Shown one piece after another: positions 28,371 through 41,633 of a DNA stretch of 64,000 nucleotides. Position 1 is the first letter of the stretch. The number at the start of each line of letters is the position of its first letter. The notes under the pieces were generated by a model, which was given only the letters and a program-made list of their open reading frames with translations, did not search any database and was not told where the DNA came from. A program made the position numbers and the translations under genes. The stretch comes from Eledone cirrhosa (lineage: Eukaryota), in contig OZ024742.1 in the NCBI GenBank assembly GCA_964016885.1, forward strand, positions 3,782,001 to 3,846,000. The letters are read 5' to 3'.

Positions 28371-29413
28371 AATATATAATCCTTTTGTATTTTATATACT
28401 CAATTGTACTATGTAATATATTGATGTATACTTATCTCTATACGACCAAATATGTATGTATGTGTATTAACATACATATGCATGTGTTGTATGCATTTTT
28501 ATGAATATATGTCTGTCTATATATATATATGCATGAGTGACGCATGTCTACCAATTGGGTGAAGATGCACACACATGTTTATATATGTATATGTAAGAAT
28601 TGTGTGTGTACATGTACATGTGTACTCATGCAATTTGATTGCAGATATGCATAATTTAACAGCCATAATTTAACAGCCATAGATGCATGAAAGTTAATCC
28701 TATATATTTATATACTAAAAAAATTATTTAATAACACAAGGAATATATAGCAGTAATTTAAAAAAAAAAAAATCATTTATGCTTTGTATGTATATATTAT
28801 ATGCGGAAGTAGATATAGTGTGTATTTTCTGAGTGTGTGTATATATATATATTTATGTATTTTTGCGTATATGTACGTGCTAATTTCTCTAGCAATATAT
28901 ATATTTCGTAATGTTTAAATTCCAATTTTTAATATATTGATCTCAATTTTTAAACTAAATATATAATCATAACTAAACAATGATTAATTTCTCATATTAT
29001 ATATGTATATTCCATTCATGAATATTAATATTTATAATTTTATTTATTCATTTCATCTCAATTGTTAACTCAACTTAATATGACATGACTTAAGGTTTTC
29101 GGTCTCTCCCCCTCTCTCTATCTCTATATTTCTCTCTCTTGATTTTTTCTCTCTGTCTGGTGGTTGGATATCTCTCTGTTGTTTTTCTCTGTTTTTTTTT
29201 TCTTTTTTCTTTCTTCTTTTTCTTTATTTATCTCTCCCTTTCTTTTCTCCACTTTTATCTCTCTCGGTTTCTCTCTCTCTCCGTCGTTTTTCCGTCTCCT
29301 TAACACAACGACTTACTAAAATAAACAAACCACTATCCTGATGTCTTCCAAAAGTAACGGTCGCATTTTGAAAGGGTACATCAATGTTTATTCATAAAAC
29401 TGGTATATATTGC

Positions 29414-29476
29414 ATTTTGTCTGATGAAGGCATACCATAATTTAACATGGTATCCTTGAAATATGTATAATGAAAT
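29414..29476 (+). ncRNA. Hammerhead ribozyme (family G)
   Basis: ATTTTGT CTGATGA AGGCATACC..GGTATCCTT GAAA TATGTA TA ATGAAAT, overlapping AATAAA, about 40 nt before (TA)n. Confidence 0.8.
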
Positions 29477-29544
29477 AAATATGGTTTTATAAATATAGTT
29501 TCCATTTATTAATATCGTATATATATATATATATTCCATATATG

Positions 29545-29617
<73 letters not shown>

Positions 29618-29620
<3 letters not shown>

Positions 29621-30745
29621 AACCAGTAGGACCCCGACGGCTGAGCTCAAGCCGTTTCGACGGCTAATTCTGGACTAAATGAAGATTTTTATCCTGGTAT
29701 ATGAATAGCCGAGCTTCTCAGGGGGTAATTCCATATATGATAAAAGTGATTGTCACAAGGATTGGTCAATGTGGTATCTCTGCTTTAGTTTCTCGCATAT
29801 CAGTATTTATATATTTTTTTGTGGGGGGGATTCTGAATTAATTTTCCGCATCAAATTTTTCATATATATCGCACGAGCATTTATGTAGTTTGTACTAGAA
29901 TTTTTGTATCGTAGCGGCACCCTTAGAGATAGTATTAGTATTCATCTTCGGGATTCTGACTTATTATTTCGTATTAGTTTATGTGTTGCACTGGGTAATT
30001 ACTGGCCTTGTGCCTAGAGTAGAAACAATTATTTCGTATTAGTTTCGGGACTCTGAATTATTATTTCGTGGTAGTTTCTTTAGTATTTTGGCCCCCCACT
30101 TATTGACCTGTCACTGTAAGATATACTCGGTTGATTACTGCTAACTCATAAAATTGTCCCACTACAATTCCGTCTCACCTAGCAAACTGTTCTATAGTTT
30201 AGCAGTACCAGTAAGAGACTTGATGATTGTGGTTAGGGAATAGTAACCAGAAATTGTTTTTTATATTTTTAACATTCTTGGTATTCTTCTATATATTTAC
30301 TCCATATTGATTTACTTATTGTTTCGACTTCCTCCCCCTCCCCTCCCCAGTATACTTCCTTGACCTCCTGTCTTAGGATCCTGCTGTAGTTGGCACTATC
30401 AACGCACGACTGGTTTCCTCCACTCCCTCTCCCTCTTTCTTCTACTGGCAGGTTCAGCTACCCCTTCCTTCCAGAAATTGCCATGATAGAATTATGTGTC
30501 TCAACAAGAAACCTTTGACCAAACCTTGTAACAATCACTTTTACCATATATGGAATTACCCCCTGAGAAGCTCGGCTATTCATATACCAGGATAAAAAGC
30601 TTAATTTAGTCCAGAATTAGCCGTTGAAACGGCTTGAGCTCAGCCGTCGGAGTCCTACTCGTTCCTATTACCCACTCTACTATCCTAAGTATTGAGTACT
30701 TTGGTGCGTTATGGTCCACCTGGTTCCTTACCACATTTCCTTCGT

Positions 30746-30750
<5 letters not shown>
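29618..30750 (+). mobile_element. HHR element family H with inverted 5' arm (29618-29775 vs 30510-30668)
   Basis: HHR-like motif with CTGAGAA core at 29631-29726 (-) and 30558-30653 (+). TA flanks; truncated SINE inside at 29981-30027. Confidence 0.8.
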
Positions 30751-30827
<77 letters not shown>

Positions 30828-31005
30828 GGGAGAGGGAGAGAGAGAGAGAGAGAGGGAGAGAGAGAGAGAGAGAGAGATGTGAGTATGTGTGTATATCGAT
30901 ATATAGCTAGATACACGTACTTTCATATACCGACATATTGTTATTGTGAGTGAGTATTTGTATTTTCTCTATTACTATGTGTGTGTGAGTGTGTGTGTGT
31001 TTGTT

Positions 31006-31084
<79 letters not shown>

Positions 31085-32449
31085 GTGTAAGTATATATAT
31101 GTGTTTGTTGTCTGATTGTAGGATGGCACATAAACCATATCAAAGAAAGATAATTCGATACAGAAATATTCATATATTATACAAAGGAAATTAGCCGTTG
31201 GTACAGATGGTAGGCCGTCATAAATCGTTAAGGAAATAGAAACATCTAGCTATAAATTCACATAATGTTGGAATAAATTATAAATGACCAAACCATAAAC
31301 TCCAACTGACAAAAACAGATTGTAAAAAATAGCTTTAAAGAAATATTTTAGTGTCTGTTAATTCCTATTCAAGCCGGAGATGCCTACATGACTTCATATT
31401 TTATAGAATCCTCACTGAATTTCTAAATACGAAAGAATGTAAATATTTCTAGAATTCTCTTGAGATACTTTTGGAATTATAGAAAATCTTTTCTAAGTAA
31501 CTTCTCAGTAGTTGAGAATTTTCTTTCATCCCTTAGTGAGGAGGTTTGTCAAGGAGTTCAAACCTTCAGAATGACTGAGACTTGTGATAGGGAGTCAAAT
31601 ATCCTCACACAACAGATCGGCCCCAAATGTAACGGAATTAACCCTTCTAAAGATATCCAAGGAAAATATTATTGTCTTGTGTCAGACGTGTGATTAAGTC
31701 TTTTCCAAAGTAACCTACGTTGAGATTAAAAAGCACCAGATACAAATACTTCATTGACCCCTAAAAGATAAATCGTTATCCCCAGCGGTATTTCATTGAA
31801 GCAACCAATCATGATAGAGTGTGTTCACCTATTGCTATTCATTATATACACATCACACACTGGTATCTGCTTTGGTTGACGCGGTCACTATATATTCGTT
31901 TAGGGTGATTGCTACAAAGAAATAATTTCTACAATAGGTACAAGGCCAACAATTTGGGGAGATAGGAAACTCGATCGAATCGATCCCAGTGCATTGCTGG
32001 TGCTTTAGAAGTAATATAAAGAAACCATGTGCATACCTCATTAGTTTTTATATTCTACACACACTAAAGATATGACCTCAGGAAATATAAAATGAACAGT
32101 TGGAAGGAGGGAGGTGTGTACATAAAGATTGGGATTGTATCCATTCTTTATTTCACAAGCTCCTTGAAACTAAATCTATAACTCACTCGCTTTTAGTTAT
32201 ACAAATACTAAAATGTCGTCACAACTAACACCAAAAGCAACGGCTTGAATGCCAGAACTATTTTCTCTAAAGATATGAATTATATTTGTTCTTTAGTATA
32301 TTAGATCTCATCTTTCAGTATATAGTTGCTTTTCATCCTTACATAGTCGATAAAATAAAGTACCAGTCATGCACTGGGGAAGAATTAATCGATCCCGTGC
32401 CCCAACAAAACATTGTTGGTCTTAAATCAGAAACCATTATATTAGATTA

Positions 32450-32629
32450 GGGGCAGTGGATTGGCAGTATCAGTAGAGGGTCGGACGCCATGCTTCGTAG
32501 CAAAGAGTTACGGCCCTTTATGGTCTGAGTTCAAATACTGCCGAGGTTAACTTTGCCTTACGGGGTTGATAAAATAAGTACCAGTAATACACTGGGGTAA
32601 TTGGTGGCCTTGTGCCAAAAGTAGAAACC
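32450..32629 (+). mobile_element. tRNA-derived SINE with TSD attatattagat, preceded by a partial copy (32325-32435)
   Basis: TSD at 32436-32447 and 32630-32641. Confidence 0.88.
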
Positions 32630-33087
32630 ATTATATTAGATCCCTTTATATACTTCAAAATTAATCTGACATTTATTTCATAGCTTATTAAATATTTTAA
32701 ATAATTCTCACTCTTCTCTTTTATTGTCCATTAGTCTGTAACATTGTCCACTTAATCACTGCCATCTAATTAAATACTTCCTTTAATTTTTTATAATTTT
32801 TTTAATATCAATTTCTGTAATCAATGAACTTATTTCATGGAAGTCATTAGTTCAATTTCCCAGTTTGACGAGAAGTATTAACAAGATTTCCCTATCGCAA
32901 ATTTACAGCAGAAATAAAGGTCGATAGGTCACATTTAATATGGATTGTTCTTTGTTTATTTATTTTTTAATTACAATTATGAAATATTGTTTTGATTATG
33001 TCCATACTATATAATTAAGTTATCATTTTAAATTTATTTTACACTAATTGGGAATATAAATGTTTCAATGTAAATATCTGCCAATAT

Positions 33088-33212
33088 TGTTTTATATATT
33101 TATTATAACCAGTATTTTATATATTTATTATAACCAGTATTTTATATATTTATTATAACCAGTATTTTATATATTTATTATAATCAATGTTTTATATATT
33201 TATTATAATCAT
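33088..33212. repeat. 25-bp AT-rich minisatellite, about 5 copies
   Basis: tttatatatttattataaccagtat repeated. Confidence 0.85.
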
Positions 33213-33522
33213 TATTATTATTTTTTGCTTTGTGTGATTTAGGTTCTTGATATATTTAGACAAAGCTAAGGATTTTGGCATCCAATTATTTGCCTGGTAA
33301 TACAAAGCTATAATATTACAATTAAAAACATATTTAATGACAAGCTGTAACAATGTTTTAATGATGTTAAAATGTTCATTGTTATAAGTAAAACATATTA
33401 AATAATGTGGTTAATATCGTATAAATAAGCACATTTTATGAGAAAAACACATATATTTTCTGTTTTTTAATGAAAATATCCATATATTAGAAAAAATTTG
33501 AAAATGAAGCATATGCGTGTAC

Positions 33523-33565
<43 letters not shown>

Positions 33566-34156
33566 CACACACTTCAAGGCTGATTCTTGCCAACAATTTC
33601 GTTGTGGGCATTAATGGAATACATAATACAAGGATTGTTCTTGTAATGCGAACGCATTTCTTTATCCTGTGTAGAGGGGCTTCTGCTCGATTCTGCTCAA
33701 GAATTATGTTGAAGGTTGACACGATTTTGAAATCCACACTTAGAGTATGACATGGAGGAGTGTCCTTTTAACGTCAATGTCCTGGCTTGTCACATTGTGT
33801 CTGCTTCAGAATTCTACTCAGTGACTTGTTAGTACAATGAGAATGACGTTCGGTGAGTCGAAAAATTTGTTACTCATCATTGAAACCGACGGTATTCTAT
33901 TTACCACCATATGTAAACATCATTCTACCGCAGAGAAAATGGTTGAAATTTCTCTGCAAATTCGAAACTTTGAAATGCACTTTGTATTTGTACGGACATT
34001 TGTATAGGAAACCAAATAAAAGATTTATCATCAAAGAATTATTCCTTTGGCGTTAATTAACATTATAACTTAAGGCTAATTCTAAGTACGAATGTGAAGT
34101 CTTCAGTTAGTTTGCCTCCAAATATTATATAATTGGGCGATAAACTCAGCATCGTA

Positions 34157-36490
34157 TAATAATAATAATATTGAAATTATTGTGTACAGTGCTCAGGTGC
34201 ACTACAACTCACAAAGGTGCATGCATAGTACAGAATAATGTACAAATGTCAGAAAATTGAACAGTGTATGATTCATGATATACATGTGTGCGTGTGTATA
34301 GAAGGCCATATCAGGTGTAGTGTTCGCGAATTTCAGGATTCATGGAGGTTTTATAGGATGCAGTGTCCCAGCAGCTAACAACTGATGCAGGTAGTTTGTT
34401 CTGTGCGTCAGCAACTCTGAGTGTGAAAAAATGTTTCGGATGGTTTTGTTGGCATGTCCACGTGTTTTAGACAGATGGAATTCAAAAATGTGCTCAGAGT
34501 TGTTGTTGGGAAGATGGTTAATAATGTTGTGGGTGTTTACCAAGTCAGTTGCCAGACGTCGGAGCTTCAATGTATCCATGCCCTGGGAAGTAAGGCGTTC
34601 AGAGCATGGTAGATGCCTGATTGAGGGTATTCGCTTGGTTGCATGTCTCTGATGAACAGTTTCCATGAGGTCAATGTTCTGAGCAAGATAGGGGTTCCAG
34701 ATTAGTGATGCAAATTCTAAGTGCGGCCGCGCCATAGCTATACACAGCTTTAAATAGATAGCTGGAGAGCAGCTGACAAAAGTCTTGCTGAGTTATGCCA
34801 AGAAACCCGCAACCTTCTTGACAATAATGCCCAGATCACGTTCACAAGAAGACTTCTTGATATTAGTGTTGTGGAGGGAGTATGTGGACGCTGGGTTTTT
34901 CTTCCCAAAATGCATCGTGGTACACTTGCCCACAGCCAGTTTGAGTTGCCAGTCCATGATCCATTGCTGCATTGTATCTAGGTCTGATTGCAGGAAAGAT
35001 CTATAGTGTTCTGGATCTGTCCTTTTTATCTCAAGGTACAGCTTGCATATTTCAGTAATATGGCATTCTTTAAGTTGGCATCTATATCATTAATATATGC
35101 AACATAAAAGGGAACCAATAATAGATCCCTGTGGTACACCAGATGACATCTCATACGGTGAAGAATGCTGTTCTAGAACCGTGACTACCTCTTTTTGACT
35201 GAGAATGAAGGAATTCAACCAGTTGAAAAGATCATTTTTCACTGCCATTGCAGAGAGTTTTGACATCAGTCTTTTGTGTGGCGCATTAAAAGCTTCAGCA
35301 AAGTCAAGGTAAACAACATCCACTCATGAGCCACCATCAGTGATCCGAATGATGTCTTCAAGAAACTCGATAAGTTGATCACAGCAGCTGGAGTTAAGAT
35401 AAATCCAAGTTGCGAGTGCCGGATAAGACTATGAGAATTCCAGAAATTCTAGAGTGTTTCTCCGACACAGGATTCCATCAGTTTGGCAATGCAACTATTA
35501 AGACTGAGGGGACGATAGTTGACAGGTGACACGCGGTCACCTTTTTGAAACAGAGGAATGACACTGTCAGCTTTCCACTGCTCCGGATTAGTACCGTTGT
35601 TAAAAGAGAATTGAAAGAAGAGTGAAAGCTGTTGTAGAAGAAAGTACCCACCACGTTTGAGAAGCAAGTACATAACGCCATCACGACCAGGAGAGGCATA
35701 GTTGCGCTTATTCTTAAGGTGACATCACAGCATTGCAGGTGTCAATTCCATAGTTGCTATAGAATTTGATGTGGTGGAGATGGTACGTTTTGGTTTTCAA
35801 CAGGATCATCAGTAATCTGGCTTGTGTGGGGATTGCGAAGAGGACCAACTGGAGAGTGAGGTCTCTGCTTTGAATGTACATATTTCCAGAAAACCTTACT
35901 ATCAGGGTTGGTTGCTACGAGCTGTTCAAATTAAAGCACTGCCTTTTTTGACACCTGCTTGAAATGGTTGGATGATTTATTGCGCTTTTTTCTATTGATA
36001 TCTGATTTATGCAGTTTGTATCCCGTTCAACATTACGACGTTCTTTCCTGGCAAGTCTGACTGCTGCAGTCTCCCAAGTTGCACTTTGGGGATGTTTTTT
36101 CTGCTTACGTGCTACTGATGCTGCACATGCTGTCCATGTTCAGGATGTTCTGAAGTATAGTGTTCACATCCATCGTAAATTTAAGCCAGTTTGGGCGTTG
36201 TAGCTCGGTGTAATAAGAGTTCCAGTCCGCTTTATTCCAGTCAAAGCGAGTAATTTGTAAATGGTTGTGGTTTTTGTTTCTGCCCATGAGGGACAGATTG
36301 GCAATGATCATAACATGATCAGAGTCACCTAAAGGTTCCTCAGTAGTAACACTAATAACTGTTTCAGGAGTAGTGGTAAAGAGTAGATGCAAAGTATTTT
36401 CACCTCTTGTTGAGTAGGTGACTACTTGGGACCAGTTCGAGTCCAGCACTGTGGATGTGATGCACCTGTGATCTGCATTCGTGAACATAT
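34157..36490 (-). mobile_element. Decayed CR1-clade LINE ORF2 (APE C-terminus plus RT)
   Basis: TRGENTLHLLFT..LGDSDH; WKADSVIPLFQKGD..NYRPLSL; DVVYLDF..PHKRL..SGVPQGS; RPHLEFASLIWNPY..ATKRIP..SERL; (ATT)n tail. Confidence 0.92.
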
Positions 36491-38696
36491 CTGCGCTTGT
36501 CTGTCTGTGTGTGTCCATTATTAAAACTGATGCCATTTTTATTTTGTCTATCATTATCTCCTATTTATCATCATCATCATCACCTTAAACACCATCATAA
36601 GCAACATTCTACCAAAAGTTTCTTTAGCAATCACCAACTGATTCATTTCATTCCATCCAATATCATCATCATCATCATCATTTTATACACACGTGCAACG
36701 TATTTCTTAACACTCTTGTTCTTTATTTTACCCTCATCTTTATTTCTCTTCTCTTCATTTTGTTTGTTTTTTCAGTTTTCCTTTCCCTTGTTTTTCTTCC
36801 TACATAATATCTACCCGCTTCTGACAATCTTCTATTGCCCCACCCCATCATCTCCGCCCCTTTCAATGTGTCTTCCTCTATTTTTATTTAACAAAACTCA
36901 CCCCTTAGCGAAGACACAGAATATTTTTATATACATTCAATACATACATGTGTCTGTGTGTGGAGAGAGAGAAAGATATGGAGAGAGAGGGGGAGAGAGA
37001 GAGAAAGAGAGAGAGGGGGAGAGGAGGAGAGAGAGGGAGAGAGAGCGAGAGAGAGAGAGATGAATAGTCTAGATTTACATTAATTATATATTGTTTGAAA
37101 AATCTATAACAACAATACTTGGAAATATATACGGTTGTTATTATCATTAAAATATATGTAATACATATAACAATCTCGGAAACAAGGTCTAATAAACAAC
37201 AAATATGTCTATATTAACACATATATATATACACATATATACACACATGTATATGTGTATATATTTATGTGTGTGTGTGTGTATCATAAAAAATGTCTGA
37301 TTTATTGTAAGCCTATATTTTCGATAGAGCGAACAATAAATCATCGAGGAAGTGGAATATAAATGAAAATAAAAACCTGTCTCTGCCACAGAAAAAACCA
37401 GGAGGGGGTGAGGCAACTGACAGTATTGCTTCTCCTAAAATAACAGACCATCACCGCTGTGGAAATATATTTTTCATTGCTTTTTTTTTTCCTTTTCTAA
37501 AATGATTAATAGAATTAGTTATGACGTATTTTCATTGTGAAAATACTTATAGTTCAGTCGATATATATGGAATTACTGATGCGTTGGCAGAAATGGCATC
37601 AGATAAAATAACAATTGCCGTATTTGTTCTGGTTCTTTACATTCTGAATTCAAATCCTACAGAAGAGAATTGTGACTTTCATCTTTCCCCGATAAATAAA
37701 GTATCTGACAAGTACTGAGTTTCATGTAATCATCGTTGTCCTTCACTTTGCTGGCCTTGTGCTTAAACTAGATATTAATTAGTATATATGTAGAAGGAAT
37801 AATTGCGGTTAATAAATGAAGCTACTTAGGTTATTTCTTGAACACTACTTTAGTTTATGTTTATATTTTAGACTTAAAGGTTTTATATACTAACTGCCTA
37901 TAGGCTCCTGGTTTTGTGTACTATAGGCACCTGCGTTTGTGGACAATGGACTCCTGAGTTTGTGAACTATCGACTCCTGGGTTTGTGAACTATAGGCTCC
38001 TGGGTTTGTGGGTAACTGAAATGTTCCCCTCAACCGAAGTGTGCATGTCTCCTTTCTCTATACCACATTCATTGTCGAGGGGAAGGTAAAGGCCTATACA
38101 ACTAACTTCACACCAGTATTGTTGAAAATAATTCCCTTTTTTTCCAAATGTGTGAATTGACTTGAAGTCTCATACAAAAATAAAATCGAATCCCTCTCCG
38201 TCCGAGCATCAAATTCATGGCCTTACAATCGTAAACCCAACACCCTCAACACTAATCTTCGTATAAAGTTCTAAATATATTTGTTGTAATTTCAATACTG
38301 TATCTTGATACACCTATCAGATTGCTGACCTTAAAAAATATTTCTCAAATTCTTTTCTTTCACTTTAAAACATTGACAGAAGACACAGAATAAATATTTG
38401 ATATGCTGAATTTAATAACGTTTTCAACGAAATTTCCTTTTCAATGATTTCTATTCAACGTTAAGTGAAGTTCCGACCAGATTTCATTGGAAGAGACGAG
38501 ATCTAGATTATTGAGACATGACACTTACTAACAAACGTGCAAATACGATGGAAAAAAAGGGTTGAATGTATAACGATACGTACATAAATACATACATAGC
38601 TGCGTCTACGTGCACATTGCATACACACACACCCACGCATATATATATATATATAGATAAATATACACGGGTGTGTATGATTATGTATAGAAGATT

Positions 38697-39714
38697 ATAT
38701 TAATAAAAGAAATTCCAACTTTGTCTGATTTACTCGTTTTATTTACAATCCTTTAAAATTTATAATGGTATTAGAATGAAATAGTATGGTAGAATATTAA
38801 ATGTTATGTGTTAATTGAACAAGTACTTTCATGCTTTCGCAATCTTCAGGTTCATATTCTGTGGTGACAGTCAAGTTTGCAATTTCCAACTGTAATGAGA
38901 TGCGTAAATTTTGTGCCTTATATACAGTAAAAAGCGGCTACAGAATGCTAAATCTTGCAAACTGTATTTCGACCAATCTGTGTGTAGTTTCACTGCATTA
39001 CTAAAGCTGATTGGTTTAGGCGTCAGGGTTCGTTGAGCATGTCTAACGACTACTATTTGACCCTATCCAAAGCGTCAATTGTTTTGCTATTTTTAGAAAT
39101 GATGAAAATAGCATTTTCTAGTAATCATCACCATCAACATCACTTCCATTATTATTACTGTTGTTGTTGTTGTTAGTGGTAGTAGTCGACATGGTCGTAG
39201 TCATTATTATTGTTCATTTAGCTTGGGTTGAAATTTATCAATAAAATTCTTTTCTTTGATTTTTCTCTTGATTTCAATTGGGCTGTGTAATATTCTCTGA
39301 CCACATGTTGCTAGATGGTTACTCAGGGGTATCTGACGGACATTTGGGTCTCTGATTTGCTGTCGGTGTACATGCTCAACCAACCGTGACGCCTAAAACA
39401 ATCAGCTTTAGTAATCCAGTGAAACTACACACCGATTGGTCGAAATACAGTTTGCAAGATTTAGCATTCTGTAGCCACTTTTCACTGTATATAAGGCACA
39501 AAATTTACCCATCTCATTACAGTTGAAAATTTCAAACTTGACTGTCACCACAGAATTTGAACCTGGAGATTACGAAAGCATGAAAGTACTTGTTCAATTA
39601 ACACATAACATTTAATATTCTACCATACTATTTCATACTAATACCATTATAAATTTTAAAGGATTGTAAATAAAACGAGTAAATCAGACAAAGTTGGAAT
39701 TCCTTTTATTAATA
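38697..39714. mobile_element. Fold-back HHR element family I (arms ~38697-39050 and ~39362-39714)
   Basis: About 350-bp inverted arms. HHR TGAAC CTGAAGA TTGCgaaaGCAT GAAA GTAC TT GTTCA at 38816-38854 (-); copy at 39557-39597 (+) has CTGGAGA. Confidence 0.87.
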
Positions 39715-39773
39715 TATATATATATATATATTACATGTGCAAACACACATAAACACTCACACCTGAATATATA

Positions 39774-39982
39774 TAGTAGAACTTCTGTTCACAAAAGCCT
39801 CGCATCACGATCAAATTGGTTCACGAACAATTTTTCCGCACATAAAACAACTTGTTTGACGAATAGTGTCTCGAGTATCGAACAAACTAGCCGGCAACAA
39901 TAATTGGCATCAAGCTTCGGGTATCGGAGGCAAAGCGTCACTGGCTGTGTAATTAATATGGAGATATCTATCTGTCTTTTAC

Positions 39983-40074
<92 letters not shown>

Positions 40075-40175
40075 CCTCTCTTCCTCTCTCTCTCTCTCTC
40101 TATCTCGGTTTACGAACATTTCGGTGACTAACTACCTTCAAGAATGAATTAAGTTCGTGAACCGATGTTCCACTA
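39774..40175. mobile_element. Tigger/pogo-like MITE
   Basis: Imperfect TIRs tagtagaacttctgttcacaaa and ttcgtgaaccgatgttccacta, with TA flanks. Confidence 0.7.
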
Positions 40176-40550
40176 TATATATGCATATATATATATGTGT
40201 GTAACATTTTGATTAAATGAAATAGATAACGAGGCGTATAAACCCAGTATACGGAAAAAGATGGATGTCAGCACACTCACATATATATATATATATTTAG
40301 ACTTACATATGTACAACATATTCACGCAAGAATATATCTATACACACACACACACACATATTTAATATATAAGTTTAATCAGGGAATGGCATTTATTCCT
40401 ACACGTAAGAATAACACGGTGTTCTACTCTGGTAGAAACGAGAGCATAAACAAATATTACCTTGCTATGTTTGCTAAAATGTTATATATCTGATAACTGT
40501 TTGAGCTTGGTACTGGAGGGAAATCTCTTCTTTTCATAGGATGTACCACA

Positions 40551-40638
<88 letters not shown>

Positions 40639-40836
40639 TATGTTGTGTAAAGATGAATATATATATGATACACATATTAAACATATATCGAAATAAAACA
40701 AACATCCCGACTTTATTGTTTTGTTAAGAACTAAATGGAAGTAAGATGCGCAAAAAGCCATTTCAGAGTGTAATTATGTAAGAAGGTTACAGAAAATATG
40801 AATTTGTGTAACCACTTCTATATATATATATATATA

Positions 40837-41050
40837 TAGAAGTGGTTACACAACAGTTAGTTCGCCATACCGAGAACAATTGTTTCACCTTAGCGGATCT
40901 TCAGCTCCACTACGAGCTGAAGATCTGCTAAGGTGAAACAATTGTTCCCGGTATGGTGAACTAACTGTTGTGTAACCACTTCTACATAACTCGTCCCATG
41001 GACTGAGTGCTCTACCACTACGGATATTACCTTCCAGTGTTCTACCACTA
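40837..41050. mobile_element. Hairpin HHR element family J
   Basis: Arms 40837-40907 and 40914-40985. HHR GAG CTGAAGA TCCgctaaGGT GAAA CAATTG TT CTC at 40872-40907 (-) and 40913-40950 (+). Confidence 0.87.
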
Positions 41051-41118
41051 TATATATATATAAATATATATATAAATATATATATATATATTATAAACAT
41101 AGACGCACACACCCACAA

Positions 41119-41192
<74 letters not shown>

Positions 41193-41633
41193 TTATTAAA
41201 ATAACAGATTAAAGTTTAAGCAAAGAATCGCTGCTTTCACCCTTAACGGGATCTTCTGAAATTAACAAATTCAATCTGTAAATGCAGAAGTGGATATTTC
41301 AAAAAACGTTGCAACCGGAGGAAGACAGGAAGACGATATACTTTGGTTCGTGGAAACGTTCCCTGGCAAAGAACGGGAAAAAACGAATATAATACGTCAT
41401 TAATAGGAGCGGTGAAAAACAATTACGCGCAAAGACAGAACCACGTTTATAGTATAAAAGAAGTCGTAGACTAATGTTCTCTTAGGTGGTTCAAAGAGAC
41501 GTTCTCTGGCAATGAACGGAAAAAACGAAGACAATACGTCATATGTGGAGCGTGGAGAGCAATTGCACGCAAAGAAAAAAACACGTAAATAGTATAACTG
41601 AAGTCGTAGACTAAATTCTAACTAGGAAACCGA

